Both the position numbers and the translations under genes were made by a program. A stretch of DNA of 64,000 nt from an uncultured Gammaproteobacteria bacterium. GTDB taxonomy: Bacteria > Patescibacteriota > Patescibacteriia > S139-126. Shown in pieces: positions 62,114-64,000 of the stretch; the first letter of the stretch is position 1; each line of letters opens with the position of its first letter. The stretch spans positions 519,646-583,645 of the forward strand of contig CAZUKA010000001.1 in NCBI GenBank assembly GCA_964620905.1, read 5' to 3'. The notes under the pieces are model-generated. The model was not told the origin of the DNA. It worked only from the letters and a program-made list of their open reading frames with translations, and searched no databases.

Positions 62114-62159
62114 AACGGGTCATGGCAGACAGGTATTTTATTAACTATGTGAGCTATTT

Positions 62160-62918
62160 TTAACTCGGTTTGATACCGTAAACACTAAATAAATTATTGG
62201 TAGAAATAAAATCTTCTACTTTCTGTATATCTTCCGGACGACCAAAATCAAGCCAATATTTTTTTAAATTTTTAATTTTAACTTTTTTTTGTTGAGCTAA
62301 CAAAGAAATCGCATCAGTGATTTGATATTCACCATTGGCTGCTGGACCAATCTGGTCAGTTATGGAATAAATCTCTGGTAAAAATTTATATATGCCAGCA
62401 TTAATAATATTAGATACTGGATTGGCTACTTTTTCATCAATCCGAAGTAAAAAATTATCTGATTCGGAAACCAAAGTACCATACTGACTAGGATCGGTTA
62501 CCTGCAAACCTCCAATATAGTTGTAATCGTCAGTTGCATTTGCGAAATCACGCAAATCTTCCAAGGCGTATAGGTTATCACCCATTACCACTACAAAAGG
62601 CTCATTGTCAATAACACTACGAACTGCTTGCAAGGGAATCAAGGTGCCATACTTATTCTCGCCCATGACTGCAAACTGATTCACCATACAAAAAATAGGA
62701 AATTCATCACGATAAGCAGCCAAAAAATCATCAAACTGATGTGATAAATAGCCAGTCACCATAATTACCTCCTGAAAACCAACGGCTTTAAGATTGGTAA
62801 GTAAATAATACAAAAACGGTTTACCAAAAATCTCAATTAAGTGTTTGGGTTTGGTTTTTGACAAAGTCTGCATTCTGGTACCACGACCAGCCGCAAAAAT
62901 AACCACTTTTTTTATCAT
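62160..62918 (-). CDS. Sugar-phosphate nucleotidyltransferase
   Basis: AAGRGTRM......PK, GDN, EK, NAGIY, GEYQITDA. Confidence 0.9.
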   Translation of the reverse strand: MIKKVVIFAAGRGTRMQTLSKTKPKHLIEIFGKPFLYYLLTNLKAVGFQEVIMVTGYLSHQFDDFLAAYRDEFPIFCMVNQFAVMGENKYGTLIPLQAVRSVIDNEPFVVVMGDNLYALEDLRDFANATDDYNYIGGLQVTDPSQYGTLVSESDNFLLRIDEKVANPVSNIINAGIYKFLPEIYSITDQIGPAANGEYQITDAISLLAQQKKVKIKNLKKYWLDFGRPEDIQKVEDFISTNNLFSVYGIKPS

Positions 62919-63973
62919 AAAAATCGTTTAGCTAACTGATAAATCTTATACCACATCTTATCATAAACCCAATCCCAAGCACCAACATAGTTTACTTCCT
63001 GACCACCAAAACCTTTCTTAAACCGCGTGATACCTTGCCACTGATTCTCCCGATCATGCGCCGTCAATGTTCTTTGAGCTGGTTTAACACCATAGAGATC
63101 ATACTTGGTATAACCATAAGTCCTAATTTGATTCATCACTTGCCAGTGTAATAAATATGGCGCCATTATTTCTTTTTTTTCTTGGCTTGATGCACCATGC
63201 AAATAAACTGCTCGATCACCAAAAAAAGAAAATAGACCGGCCGCCAAAATATTTTTGTTTTGGCAGGCAAAAAACAATTTGATTGTTAGTTTCAACTGAT
63301 CGGCAATATCTGTTTGACCAAATATATTTAACATCTGCCGATAATAATTATCTGAATGAATGCGAAAACCGTCACGACGTGCGGTTATTTTCAATAATTG
63401 TAAAAAATTATCAAGCTCGTCAGGTTGTTCAGCTAGCTTCACTGTAACTCCGTGACGTTCAGCTAAACGAATATTATATCTAGTTTTGGGATGCATGCCT
63501 GACAATAACTCTGCTGGATCTCTATTTAAATCTATTATCTGTGTATCTTGTGGTTGAACGGCATTTGTTTTTTTTAGTCCCAAATTGAAAAAAAAGTTTC
63601 CTAAATCTTCCTTAGTTAAACGCGGTTCCAAACGAAAAAAAAATTCGTGTCTTTGTGCTGTAGCAATTGTAATATCTCTGGCCTTAGATAAAAAAAGTTT
63701 GATAATTTTTTCTTTTCGCTCGTCACTCAACTGCCGAGTAAAAACCGGACCGTGTGGCGCATACAAATAAGCGCGACTAAATGGTAAATTGTGTAAAATA
63801 ATTTGGGCAGAAGCCAATAACTCACTTTGATCATAAACACCAAAACGCCAGACCTTATGTCCTTGACTGGCTTGAAAATCTCCCCACTCCCAACTTTGTA
63901 AAAATTGACCACCCCAAGCAGTCGCGACAAAATTGTTGAGTTCTACCGGTGAAGTGATTAGTCTGACCTCCAT
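62915..63973 (-). CDS. FemAB/FemX-family peptidoglycan bridge aminoacyltransferase
   Basis: FLQSWEWG, KTRYNIRLA, YLHGAS, YDLYG, GITRFKKGFGG. Confidence 0.92.
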   Translation of the reverse strand: MEVRLITSPVELNNFVATAWGGQFLQSWEWGDFQASQGHKVWRFGVYDQSELLASAQIILHNLPFSRAYLYAPHGPVFTRQLSDERKEKIIKLFLSKARDITIATAQRHEFFFRLEPRLTKEDLGNFFFNLGLKKTNAVQPQDTQIIDLNRDPAELLSGMHPKTRYNIRLAERHGVTVKLAEQPDELDNFLQLLKITARRDGFRIHSDNYYRQMLNIFGQTDIADQLKLTIKLFFACQNKNILAAGLFSFFGDRAVYLHGASSQEKKEIMAPYLLHWQVMNQIRTYGYTKYDLYGVKPAQRTLTAHDRENQWQGITRFKKGFGGQEVNYVGAWDWVYDKMWYKIYQLAKRFL

Positions 63974-64000
63974 TTATTTACCCAAAAGTTTAAGAATTTG

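Overview
An AT-rich bacterial chromosome segment. Gene content and style suggest a CPR/Patescibacteria (Parcubacteria-like) organism using the standard genetic code; this is inferred, not established. Housekeeping genes: rpoD, dnaG, sodA, mutM, ppsA, groES/groEL with a perfect CIRCE, uvrA, uvrC, secG, rnj, trpS, rpoBC, a Mur ligase and a FemABX-family transferase. There are five tRNAs (Asn-GTT, Ser-GGA, Ser-TGA, Leu-CAG, Arg-CCG). A visibly GC-richer ~12.7 kb island sits in the 3' end of tRNA-Asn. It encodes a large serine recombinase, small replication/HTH genes, a type III R-M system, a DUF4365-nuclease + helical-sensor gene pair, and TspO. Best candidate for a new system: the recombinase ORF runs through the att core into the antisense strand of the tRNA, and an ATG-less 35-codon alternative C-terminus lies in frame at the far end of the island, so excision would swap the integrase tail. 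A fossil second tail in the same register lies 1.4 kb further on. Other highlights: about ten stand-alone ORFan cassettes sharing a promoter - boxA-like - Shine-Dalgarno - ORF - terminator layout; an orphan DGR-type target gene; tandem PEP-mobile-domain proteins lacking ATP-grasp domains; and tRNA-derived inverted-repeat structures flanking four of the five tRNAs. All family assignments come from motif recognition by eye; no searches were run.
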